25,066 nt of DNA. Origin: a virus. Its lineage: Duplodnaviria; Heunggongvirae; Uroviricota; Caudoviricetes. The stretch spans positions 1 through 25,066 of the IMG/VR virus record IMGVR_UViG_3300029611_000001; one strand, 5' to 3'. Both the position numbers and the translations under genes were made by a program. Under the pieces are notes generated by a model. That model was not told the origin of the DNA. It ran no database searches and saw only the letters and a list, made by a program, of their open reading frames with translations. Shown here piece after piece: positions 16,434 to 25,066 of the stretch (within the stretch, counting starts at the first letter, position 1; each line of letters begins with the position of its first letter).

Positions 16434-19277
16434 ATGAAATTACGAATCATAAAAAATCGTCCGATATTCGCTCCTGGCGGTAGTGTTCAGGATAAGAAAC
16501 AGGATATTAATGTATCCTCTACTCAGTCTATTCTTGATTATGGAACGCCTGTTAATAAATGGGGTGAATCTGATATTCAGAATATATATATGCCTTCTGA
16601 TGTGATTTTAGAAACAGAGGAGGGGGAGATAAATCCATTTAGTAGTATGCCTACATCCGATCCGTTTTTTGAAAACAATGATGCAGGATATGCAGGATAT
16701 CTCGCTGATAATAGGGGTATGGTTAAAAACGTAGAGAAATCAGTCGTTGATAATACAATGAATGTAGGTGGTGTTGATGCTGATTCCTCTAAAGAAAAAC
16801 GTTCCCAAGATGGTAATCCTCTTGATCCTATGACTACCCCATATTATTCACCCGATCTAACCGGCAGAGCTCAAATGTTCGGTACAAGTCTTGGCCGGAT
16901 AAGAGCCGGTAATAAGGTCGGTGCTAATGTGGCTCAAGCTGCCTTGTCTGGTGTTAGTTTAGGATTAGGTCTTACCCGTAATATCATGGGAGCTTCATCT
17001 GCTGCGTATGCAGCCAGCAGAGACGAGCAGGCAGCGAGGGAAAAACTTGCCAAGGAGCGTCGTCAGCAATTCATCAAGTGGGAACGTGAAGGTGGTGGCG
17101 TGAATTTAGGTAACGGTCAGAAGATGGATACGTCTGATATGACCGGCGAATATATTTATCCTCTTCCCAAGTCTATGGAAGATGCTGCGAATGTAGAGAT
17201 AGAGAAAGGCGAGTACGTGCTGACTCCTGACTCCGTAGGGCCTATGGAAGCCAAAGGGAACAGACATGAAAATGGTGGCACTCCGGTTGATTTGCCAGAG
17301 GCTTATATTGTTTCCGATTATCGTAAGATAGATGATGAGTTTGCCTCTTACGTTAGAGAAAATTATGGTATTAAGGCAACGTCAAAAGATACGTATGCTA
17401 CACTCCTTGATCGATATAAGAAGAAGATTGGTTTGTCTGATAAGTACGAAGATCAGGAGCGTGTATATAAGAGATTAGAGAAAAATGAAGATGTAAAAGA
17501 CAAAAACACATCTAATCTTAATGCTTCTATTCTTTCCAAGTACGTCAATGAAAACCAGAAAGAGATAGACGAGCTTGAAGCACAATTTCGTTCTTTCGCT
17601 GAAATCGTTTATGGCAAACAGGAAGAATCTAAGCGTAACGAGAAGATGGATGCTTTTTTCAGGGATGGCGGGGTTGTTGATCTGAATCAGGTAAAGAAAC
17701 AAGCTAAGGCTTTTAATATTGCAGAATCAGATGCTAAGAACTGGATATATGACGAGTATGTTAAGCAAACCAGGAAAATGGCTGAAGGTGGACCTACTCA
17801 GAAGGAGCTGGAGGAACTTAGAAAGAATGCTATCGGCTACAATAAGCTTATCAATCAGTTATTTGGACGAACTCTTAATATGACTGTATCTGATGTTAGT
17901 GGTCGTGAGCAGATTCTTAATCCTGATTCCAGTGTCAATGCCAACCAGAATCTCCAACATAGAAGCAATTTAGGATACGGCAGGGTAAATGATAAGGCGG
18001 TATCTAATTTGCTCGACATAAACCGATGGGCTAACAAGTACAATACGGATGGTGATTTTGATACAGAAGGTTTCCAGAAAGGATACAACAGGCAATTAAA
18101 TGCATTGTGGGCGTTAGCTGATGTAGGTGCTATCACGAATGCTGATGCAGCCAAGAAATTCAGAGATGAGTACGGATTCTGGGGCCAGGATGCCGGAAGC
18201 TACGGAGGTAATCAGGCTTATAATTCATTTGCCGTAGATGATAAGTTTGGTCAGACAACAGCCACCCGTTCTTATTATGGATTGGACGTTGTTTCGGCAG
18301 AGCAAAAAAGATTGTTAAACGAAAAAGGGATAAAGAATTATGTTGACTTATTTGGTGATAAATCTGATGCCGCTAAGAAGATTCTGGGCTCCGATTATAA
18401 TAAGTTTGTTGCTTTAAGAGATAGTGGGTTAATGCCGGAAATAGACTTCGTTCTTGAGTCTGTTAAACCAGAAATGAAGCCTATTGAGGCCGGTCCCATA
18501 GCACCAGACCTTACACCGCCTAAGATTGGATCTCCTGGAAGGATAGAGGTAAAACCGAAAGCAAGTACGCCTGCGACTGCAACCGACACCGATACAGAGG
18601 AGGTGGTTGAAGACAACGGACCTAAAGGACAGGGCAGACCGGCGGCGTTCGGTCCTATCTTCCCGGAAATGCTAAGAACCCTTGACACTGGCTTGGAGAT
18701 AGAAGGCCTGGAAAGACATCAGGCTCCGAGAATAGACCCGGTTCTTCAATCTGCTGATCAGTATATCAACGAGCTCAACCGTGCGACATCGGCTCAGTTA
18801 GACGCAGCAGGTGACGTGCCCGACTCCCAGCGGGCTGCTATTCTGGCTAATATGAACGCCATAGCTGGAAGCAATATAGCCAAGTATGTTAATGAAGTAA
18901 ATTTCAATAACGCAAGGCAAATAAACGAAGCTGATAGGTTTAATGAAATGGCTTATGTTCAGACAGATGATAAGAACATAGCAGAAAGGCAACGTTATGA
19001 ATCTGGGTTGTTGAAAGCTATGGCTATAAGGGATGAAAATCTTGCTCGTTATTATGATAGTATAAACAGCGAGATACAGAATAAGTTTAATGTTCGTACA
19101 TCGTTGAATACCATAGCTTCCATAGCCCCGAATATGAGAATGCTTCCAAGTGGTCAAATTATTTACGTTCAAGGCAATCAGGATGTGATGAATATGGGTG
19201 ATTATTCTACACCTTATTTGAAGAGCTTGGAGGATGATGAAGAAGATAAATATAAAAAGAGAAGGAGAAATAGCTGA
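16434..19277 (+). CDS. crAss-like virion cargo/structural protein
   Basis: 947 aa from the ATG at 16434. 'NVEIEKGEYVL...GNRHENGGTPV...IVSD' resembles a motif of crAss-like virion proteins. Contains repeated xxxGG motifs and a Q/A/N-rich helical C-terminus. Confidence 0.6.
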   Translation: MKLRIIKNRPIFAPGGSVQDKKQDINVSSTQSILDYGTPVNKWGESDIQNIYMPSDVILETEEGEINPFSSMPTSDPFFENNDAGYAGYLADNRGMVKNVEKSVVDNTMNVGGVDADSSKEKRSQDGNPLDPMTTPYYSPDLTGRAQMFGTSLGRIRAGNKVGANVAQAALSGVSLGLGLTRNIMGASSAAYAASRDEQAAREKLAKERRQQFIKWEREGGGVNLGNGQKMDTSDMTGEYIYPLPKSMEDAANVEIEKGEYVLTPDSVGPMEAKGNRHENGGTPVDLPEAYIVSDYRKIDDEFASYVRENYGIKATSKDTYATLLDRYKKKIGLSDKYEDQERVYKRLEKNEDVKDKNTSNLNASILSKYVNENQKEIDELEAQFRSFAEIVYGKQEESKRNEKMDAFFRDGGVVDLNQVKKQAKAFNIAESDAKNWIYDEYVKQTRKMAEGGPTQKELEELRKNAIGYNKLINQLFGRTLNMTVSDVSGREQILNPDSSVNANQNLQHRSNLGYGRVNDKAVSNLLDINRWANKYNTDGDFDTEGFQKGYNRQLNALWALADVGAITNADAAKKFRDEYGFWGQDAGSYGGNQAYNSFAVDDKFGQTTATRSYYGLDVVSAEQKRLLNEKGIKNYVDLFGDKSDAAKKILGSDYNKFVALRDSGLMPEIDFVLESVKPEMKPIEAGPIAPDLTPPKIGSPGRIEVKPKASTPATATDTDTEEVVEDNGPKGQGRPAAFGPIFPEMLRTLDTGLEIEGLERHQAPRIDPVLQSADQYINELNRATSAQLDAAGDVPDSQRAAILANMNAIAGSNIAKYVNEVNFNNARQINEADRFNEMAYVQTDDKNIAERQRYESGLLKAMAIRDENLARYYDSINSEIQNKFNVRTSLNTIASIAPNMRMLPSGQIIYVQGNQDVMNMGDYSTPYLKSLEDDEEDKYKKRRRNS

Positions 19278-22200
19278 TGGCTTCACAATATAGTATTTTA
19301 AGGCAATATGCCCCGTATGTTAGTCCTTACAACATAGATCTTGTTAAGGACGTCATGATGTACAAACAGCAGAAGGTTGATGCTGCTCGTGAAAAGATCT
19401 ATACCCAGGTAGATTATCTTATGGGTCAAGAGATAGATAAGCCTGAAGCCCGCGCTTATATGGAAGATAAGATGTCAGGTGTGATTGCTAACATCAATCA
19501 AAAATTCAAAGGCGTGGATCTTTCTTCTGATGGTGTTACGAGAGCCATACAAGGAGAGATCAGTTCGGTGTTGGATGATACGGTCATTAACGCGATTGCC
19601 GGCACAAAAGAAGGCAGGAGAATGCATAAAATGCTATCTGATTTACAAATAAATAATCCAGAACTTTATTCTGCTGCGAATGCTTATGCGGCTTTAAAGC
19701 CGTATAATGAATGGGTGAATGATGGAAAGGCTGGTTCCCGTCTTGCTCCTCTTCAATATACTCCTTATACTGATTATAATAAGGAATTAAAAGATAGGAT
19801 AGATTTTATAAGCAAGCTTCATAAAGGAGCTAAAGTTCAGATTCCTATTCTTGACAAGGATGGTCATCCTACCGGGGCAGTACAAGAAGTAACTAAGGAT
19901 ATGCTTACTCCTGAACAGATAGCTTCTTTTGCATTGTCAGGGTTATCAGATAAAGCAAGGCAGCAGATGCAGGTGGAGGCTATTTACATGGTAGACTCTA
20001 ATCCCTCTTTATATTCGTATGATTCTGTTCTTGGTTTTATGAATAAGCAGATAAGTGATAAGCAGAGGTATGTTGATGCTCTTACTGCCGATCTTTCCGG
20101 TTTGGGTTCTGATCCTGCAAAGAAAGAAATGGTTGAAAATGAAATAAAGAGAGCCAAATCTGAAATAGCTTCCATGAAATCTGAATTTAGCAGAATGGAT
20201 GAAAGGGCTTACGATCCGTATCTTGGAGCGATGAAGGTTATTGAAAATAATTTTATTAATAATGCTGCTGCTTCATATGCTTATGATAATTCGTCTTTCA
20301 TAATCAAAGCCGACGAGCTTTACTGGAAAACCAAAGAATATAATCAGAGGGAAAGATTAGCTAATTTGAATTTCGAAAAATGGAAGATAGAATTTGAATA
20401 TGAAAGAAATAGGGATATTGCAGAGTTTGAATATGGTAAGAATAAGGATGAAGCCAGATTTGGATTAGACGAAGAACGTCTGAAGATGCAGAATAGGCTT
20501 AATGAAGCCAGAATAGCAAAACTTATGTCCTCTGGTGCAGGAGCGGCAGGCGGCAGAGCTGGAAGCCGAGCCATGCAGGTGGGCGTTGGCACAAACTCTG
20601 GTGGAACTATTTCAGCTAATCCTATCGAAACTAAAAATATTAGCATATCAGAAGAAACTCATAAGAAGTTTAATAAGGCATATACAGATCTTGTAACATC
20701 CGGAAGTAGACTATCTACAGCCCTTGGTGCTGAAAACATGAAAAATATTCAAGCTGCCATATCAAGAAATATGACGGATGAAACATCAGGATACAAGTAT
20801 CTTATGGATGAAGAAAAACTTCTTAAGTATATAAAGGACAATGGAGGTCTCTCTAATGATATGTTTGACAAGCTACCTGTGGCAGAGAGAAAAGCTGCCA
20901 CAGATGCTTATATGCAGCTTAATAGCGCTGTAGACAAGATGGATATAGAGAATGATAGAATTAAGAAGGAGAATAAGATTTATGATAATATTGTATCTGA
21001 AATAGCAAATGCGATCGCGCAGAAGGAAGGAGGTAAACCCGAAGAATATATAGCCTATGCTACAGCGTTATCCCTTAATGATATTTTAAGAAAAAATAGA
21101 GGTACAGTCGGCGATGTAGAATCTGGAGTAAGATATTATGAAAAAGGATTCTCGCCTGCTGATATAGCTACTATAAGAAAGAGGGTGAAAAATGATGGCA
21201 TTGATTTATCTAAAGTATTTGAGAGGGATAGCAAAAGTGGCAGGTATTTCTTAAAAAAATACGATGATGTAAAAAATAGTTTCTCGGATGGTGAAGAAAA
21301 GGTGTTTTTTAATACACTGTATTCTATTAGCGGAATGGAGAGCGTTGGAGGTGATGTAGTAAGCGATATTAATATAGCCAATCAAATAACTAAGGTTCAA
21401 GATGATGGTATAAATGAGATACGTAAAGAATATCTCGAACTGTATTCACCTAACACAGTAACGTATTCAACCAAATTAACCTCCAAGGAGGCTGGTTATA
21501 GAGAGATGGGTGTTCTCAGGGATCTATTTACTAAAAAAATGGCAGAGCATCCTGTTGGTAAATCTAAATCATCATCGGCAACTATTGAATCATTTTCTTT
21601 GACAGAATCGGGAATAGCCGACAATGGAGAGAAGACTTACAGTTTGGTTGCTAATCATACTGGTGAAAGAGAGGAAATAGATATTGTTGAGGTATCTGAA
21701 ACAGAGTTGATAAATAATGGCATAGATCCTGGTATTAATACTCCTTCCGTCGATATAGGTGGATATGAAAGTGGTATTATAAGACCTACATTTGGAAGTG
21801 ATACCAATATGTGGTATCCGAAGATGCTTGAAAATTCAGATATATCACCCGCTTATGCTTCTGTATCTTCAATGATGAAAGTGTTATCAGATATGATAAA
21901 TGAATCTGGTAATAATTTAGATGATATGCCAGAACAAAAGGTTTGGCTTCTTAATGCAGCTAAAGATATATTGGATAACAGTGGAAAGCTTGGTGTAAAG
22001 GTTGAAGGTTATGATCCTAAGACAAGTTACGGTTATGGATATGAGACAAGGCTTTATCTTATGGAGAATGGTAAACCTGAGTTAATAGATTCGTTTGATA
22101 CTCCTAATGTATGGTTTGCGGATAATGTGTCTAAAGAACTTGCTGTTGCGCCTCAGAAAAAAATAGTTAATTTTGTTGTGGCAGCCATAACAGAAGAGAT

Positions 22201-22300
22201 TAAGGATATGGTGGCGGCAAAAGAAAGGGGTGATTTACCTACGTCTTTGAATAAAAACGGCAAGTTGATGAAGTTGTTGAATAGTGTAAATAGGGAATAA
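19277..22300 (+). CDS. crAss-like virion cargo/structural protein
   Basis: 1007 aa, coupled to the previous gene by a TGATG overlap. N-terminal 'YAPYVSPYNIDLVKDVMMYKQQKVD' and helical/coiled-coil composition. Confidence 0.6.
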   Translation: MASQYSILRQYAPYVSPYNIDLVKDVMMYKQQKVDAAREKIYTQVDYLMGQEIDKPEARAYMEDKMSGVIANINQKFKGVDLSSDGVTRAIQGEISSVLDDTVINAIAGTKEGRRMHKMLSDLQINNPELYSAANAYAALKPYNEWVNDGKAGSRLAPLQYTPYTDYNKELKDRIDFISKLHKGAKVQIPILDKDGHPTGAVQEVTKDMLTPEQIASFALSGLSDKARQQMQVEAIYMVDSNPSLYSYDSVLGFMNKQISDKQRYVDALTADLSGLGSDPAKKEMVENEIKRAKSEIASMKSEFSRMDERAYDPYLGAMKVIENNFINNAAASYAYDNSSFIIKADELYWKTKEYNQRERLANLNFEKWKIEFEYERNRDIAEFEYGKNKDEARFGLDEERLKMQNRLNEARIAKLMSSGAGAAGGRAGSRAMQVGVGTNSGGTISANPIETKNISISEETHKKFNKAYTDLVTSGSRLSTALGAENMKNIQAAISRNMTDETSGYKYLMDEEKLLKYIKDNGGLSNDMFDKLPVAERKAATDAYMQLNSAVDKMDIENDRIKKENKIYDNIVSEIANAIAQKEGGKPEEYIAYATALSLNDILRKNRGTVGDVESGVRYYEKGFSPADIATIRKRVKNDGIDLSKVFERDSKSGRYFLKKYDDVKNSFSDGEEKVFFNTLYSISGMESVGGDVVSDINIANQITKVQDDGINEIRKEYLELYSPNTVTYSTKLTSKEAGYREMGVLRDLFTKKMAEHPVGKSKSSSATIESFSLTESGIADNGEKTYSLVANHTGEREEIDIVEVSETELINNGIDPGINTPSVDIGGYESGIIRPTFGSDTNMWYPKMLENSDISPAYASVSSMMKVLSDMINESGNNLDDMPEQKVWLLNAAKDILDNSGKLGVKVEGYDPKTSYGYGYETRLYLMENGKPELIDSFDTPNVWFADNVSKELAVAPQKKIVNFVVAAITEEIKDMVAAKERGDLPTSLNKNGKLMKLLNSVNRE

Positions 22301-22303
22301 TAT

Positions 22304-25066
22304 ATGGAAAATAAGGAACAGACATTGGTGGAGAAATCAGGGTTCTTACCATCTACTGGATTAAGAGGGTATAATGCCGGAGTTCCTACGCGATATGAAG
22401 AAGAATCTTCTCTTATTGAGGGAGCAAAAAGAGAGATGGAGAGGATGAAAGTAGGATCATACACTCCCCCAGTATCAGCCATAAATCCTGATGATGATTC
22501 AGAAAAAGGATCTGATATTAGCGGAATAGATACTTCTTTTGATGTAGACACATCTTTTTCTGGATTAAAATCGGCTCTGAATGGTGGAGATGACCCAAGA
22601 AAGAAGAAAGAGGAATCTTATAATAAGTTAAATTCCATGATAAAATCTATTCAAGATAAATCAAGGAATACTTATTCTGGTAAACAAACGTCTTATGGTG
22701 AGGTTATAGCTGGTAATCAACAGTCATCTGCTGCTGATTTTGGTGTATTTGGTAAAGGAAGAACTATTAAGTTAGATGAAGCATATGACTTTTTATCCGA
22801 TGGAAACATCGGTCTTGCAAAGTTTAAAAGTTATATGCCAGGAAGGGATAATGAAGATTATTACGGAAGAAGGCAAACTACTTGGAATAAGGCTGTTAAT
22901 GGCATAGGAAAGCTTGTAACAAAAACAGCATTATATGGTGTATCAGGAGTAGTAGGTATTATCCCGGCTGCGTATAATCTTATAAAGACTGGTACGTTAT
23001 CTTCTGCATTTGACAATGATTTTACACGGACCATAAATGATATAGATGAAAGAATAAACCACTCTCTTCCTCATTATTATACAAGAGAAGAGCGTGATAT
23101 GGGATTTTTGCAGAGTCTTGGAACTGCAAATTTTATTTTTAATGATGTTATTGGAAATGGTCTATCGTTTACGACAGGAGCTATTCTGTCTGCCTACCTT
23201 ACAGGTGGGATGGGCGTGTCAAGTCTTGGAGCTGTTGGCGCTAAAGTAGGGATGAAAGTGGCCGGCAAGATGGCAGCATCTAAGATTGCAGCAAGTGCTG
23301 TAAAATCCGCTTTTGGAGCGTATAGAGCAGGAGCGATGTACGGCAGAGCTATCGGCAATATGGCCAAGGTAGGAGTAAATACGTTCGTGGGAGCCGGCTG
23401 GGAGTCTGCTGTGGAAGCTCAGTCCTTCATGAAAGACTCTGAAAGTAAATACAAAGAATATTTTAAAAACATGTATGGTCGGAATCCTAATCAGTCCGAG
23501 ATGGCTGAATTTAAGAGTTCTATTTCCGATACAGCAAACAGCATATTTTTAGCCAATATGGGTATAGTTGGATTATCCAATTATCTCCTTCTGGGAAAAT
23601 ATCTTGGAGTAGACACTGGTTTTGCTTCTAAATACATACCTGGATTAAAGGGTGTATCAGATACATATGGAGGATCAAAGAGTTTTATAGATCGTTATTT
23701 GTTTGGATTAGGAACTAAGAAGGTAGCGGGTGATGCTGGAAGGTTACAGACGATAAAAGCAAATTTATTCCAGAAATCCTTAGCTACTGTCTGGAATGTG
23801 TCTAAAAGGCCCATATCTGAAGGCGTATGGGAGGAAGGCATGCAAGGTGTTGCTCAGCGCATGGGGGAAGATTTTATTAGATCAAGATATGATAAGACGT
23901 ATCTTGATGCTACGTCTTCTATAGTTGATTCTTTTTCTAAGGCCATAGCTGAACAATTTACAACCAAAGAAGGATTGAAAGAGATTGGCATAGGAGCCCT
24001 GATTGGTGGTTTATTTGGAGCCAGAAATGGTGCTTTTGGTTTATATGAAAGGAGAAATAAAGAGCGTACTATTAATACTGATGTTGAGAAATTTAATAGT
24101 AATAATGCTTTTACTTCTCAATCTGTAAAAGACTCTATGCGAAATTTAGCCGAATTTAATGCTCAAATGAATGATCCTGAATCAGATTATTATTCTAAAT
24201 TTGAATTATCTGACAGAATGGGAATGTTAGAGGATACGGCTAACAATTTCAGGTCAATGGTTAAAAGCCTTGACGAAAGTGAGTTGGCTTCTGAAATGAA
24301 AGTAGATGAAGAAACTGTTAAAAAATACAAGGAAGATATTATAAAAGATTTTGATAAGAAGTTAGCCAATTATAAAAAAGCTTCTTCTTTTGCTGAGGCT
24401 ATTACTGCTGAGACTTCATCCGATCTTTATCGATCTAATGTTGCTAATGCTGTGTTTAAGGGGTTGGATGCAGAGGATATAGCAATGGAAGCATCAAATG
24501 ATATTGCTGATTATGTAAATGACAATAATTTGTTTGATGATATAAATACGTTTTATTCATTATCAAGTCAAGCTTTTGATACAGCTAATCAGTTAAGGGA
24601 ATTGCGTAATGAGATCAATGATCTGAATGCTGAAATAGAGAGGTTGGCTACAACTCCGAGAAGAGTAGAGGACGGTAATGATACCGAAGCAGAGGCTATA
24701 AAACAAAAAACTATTAAATACGATAATCTTAATAAGGAATATAGAAGGTTGTCAGAAGATCTTCTTAGTAGTTATAAAGAAGTATTTTATTCTTTTGATC
24801 CTGGAGTATCAGCTCTTGAGTTGTTTAAATCCGAAACGATAACTGCTGAAGATATATTAAAAGCTTATGATTCTGTTGCTTCTTTAAGCACTTATATCGA
24901 GAACAATAAGGGGAAGAAAGAAGCAGAGGATTTAAGAAAGATGGTGGTAAAATACCAGCAAGCTATTACCCAATATAAGGTTCTACGGTCATTCATGAAC
25001 TCCATGCAGGATAAGAAATTTATGAGACACGATTTTTCTTTATTCTCTAAGTTCTTAAATGATATG
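22304..25066 (+). CDS. Giant virion (ejected cargo) protein, N-terminal part; runs off the window
   Basis: Absent from the ORF track because no stop falls inside the window. ATG at 22304 (MENKEQTLVEKSGFLP...) opens a frame that appears open for 921 codons. Contains 'GRDNEDYYGRRQTTWNKAVNGIGK' and a G/A-rich hydrophobic stretch (GLSFTTGAILSAYLTGGMGVSSLGAVGAKVG) followed by coiled coil. Confidence 0.75.
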   Translation, partial: MENKEQTLVEKSGFLPSTGLRGYNAGVPTRYEEESSLIEGAKREMERMKVGSYTPPVSAINPDDDSEKGSDISGIDTSFDVDTSFSGLKSALNGGDDPRKKKEESYNKLNSMIKSIQDKSRNTYSGKQTSYGEVIAGNQQSSAADFGVFGKGRTIKLDEAYDFLSDGNIGLAKFKSYMPGRDNEDYYGRRQTTWNKAVNGIGKLVTKTALYGVSGVVGIIPAAYNLIKTGTLSSAFDNDFTRTINDIDERINHSLPHYYTREERDMGFLQSLGTANFIFNDVIGNGLSFTTGAILSAYLTGGMGVSSLGAVGAKVGMKVAGKMAASKIAASAVKSAFGAYRAGAMYGRAIGNMAKVGVNTFVGAGWESAVEAQSFMKDSESKYKEYFKNMYGRNPNQSEMAEFKSSISDTANSIFLANMGIVGLSNYLLLGKYLGVDTGFASKYIPGLKGVSDTYGGSKSFIDRYLFGLGTKKVAGDAGRLQTIKANLFQKSLATVWNVSKRPISEGVWEEGMQGVAQRMGEDFIRSRYDKTYLDATSSIVDSFSKAIAEQFTTKEGLKEIGIGALIGGLFGARNGAFGLYERRNKERTINTDVEKFNSNNAFTSQSVKDSMRNLAEFNAQMNDPESDYYSKFELSDRMGMLEDTANNFRSMVKSLDESELASEMKVDEETVKKYKEDIIKDFDKKLANYKKASSFAEAITAETSSDLYRSNVANAVFKGLDAEDIAMEASNDIADYVNDNNLFDDINTFYSLSSQAFDTANQLRELRNEINDLNAEIERLATTPRRVEDGNDTEAEAIKQKTIKYDNLNKEYRRLSEDLLSSYKEVFYSFDPGVSALELFKSETITAEDILKAYDSVASLSTYIENNKGKKEAEDLRKMVVKYQQAITQYKVLRSFMNSMQDKKFMRHDFSLFSKFLNDM

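Noticed and set aside
2759..22551. The many 60-160 aa minus-strand and alternate-frame ORFs in the track
   Set aside because: They lie within long + strand genes and have no recognisable motifs, so they are treated as shadow ORFs.
1..25066. Stop-codon reassignment as seen in some crAss-like phages
   Set aside because: Genes are long and densely packed under the standard code, and TAG, TGA and TAA all end ORFs at sensible boundaries.

Overview
This AT-rich window looks like the virion/tail gene region of a crAss-like (Crassvirales-type) phage of Bacteroidota. The assignment rests on TAnnTTTG -7 promoter motifs and on large + strand ORFs resembling a tail-stabilisation protein, a double tail-lysozyme protein and injected cargo proteins. 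Three accessory inserts interrupt the structural genes. (1) A TnpB-only element (about 954-2296) has 24-bp imperfect inverted ends, a rearranged RuvC-II site and a probable C-terminal frameshift. (2) The most striking insert is a self-contained cassette (about 9466-11744): promoter, three tandem Y-RNA-like ncRNAs, terminator, then a Ro60/TROVE gene. All three RNAs share a covarying bulged-helix scaffold. Unit 1 carries the classic permuted YrlA tRNA-mimic module, while units 2 and 3 carry canonical-order cloverleaves with intact Tyr(GTA) and Lys(TTT) anticodon loops. (3) A 750-bp hairpin-rich intergenic region has three different stems that display the same 11-nt loop, next to an orphan basic ORF. 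All protein calls come from motif recognition by eye; no database searches were run.
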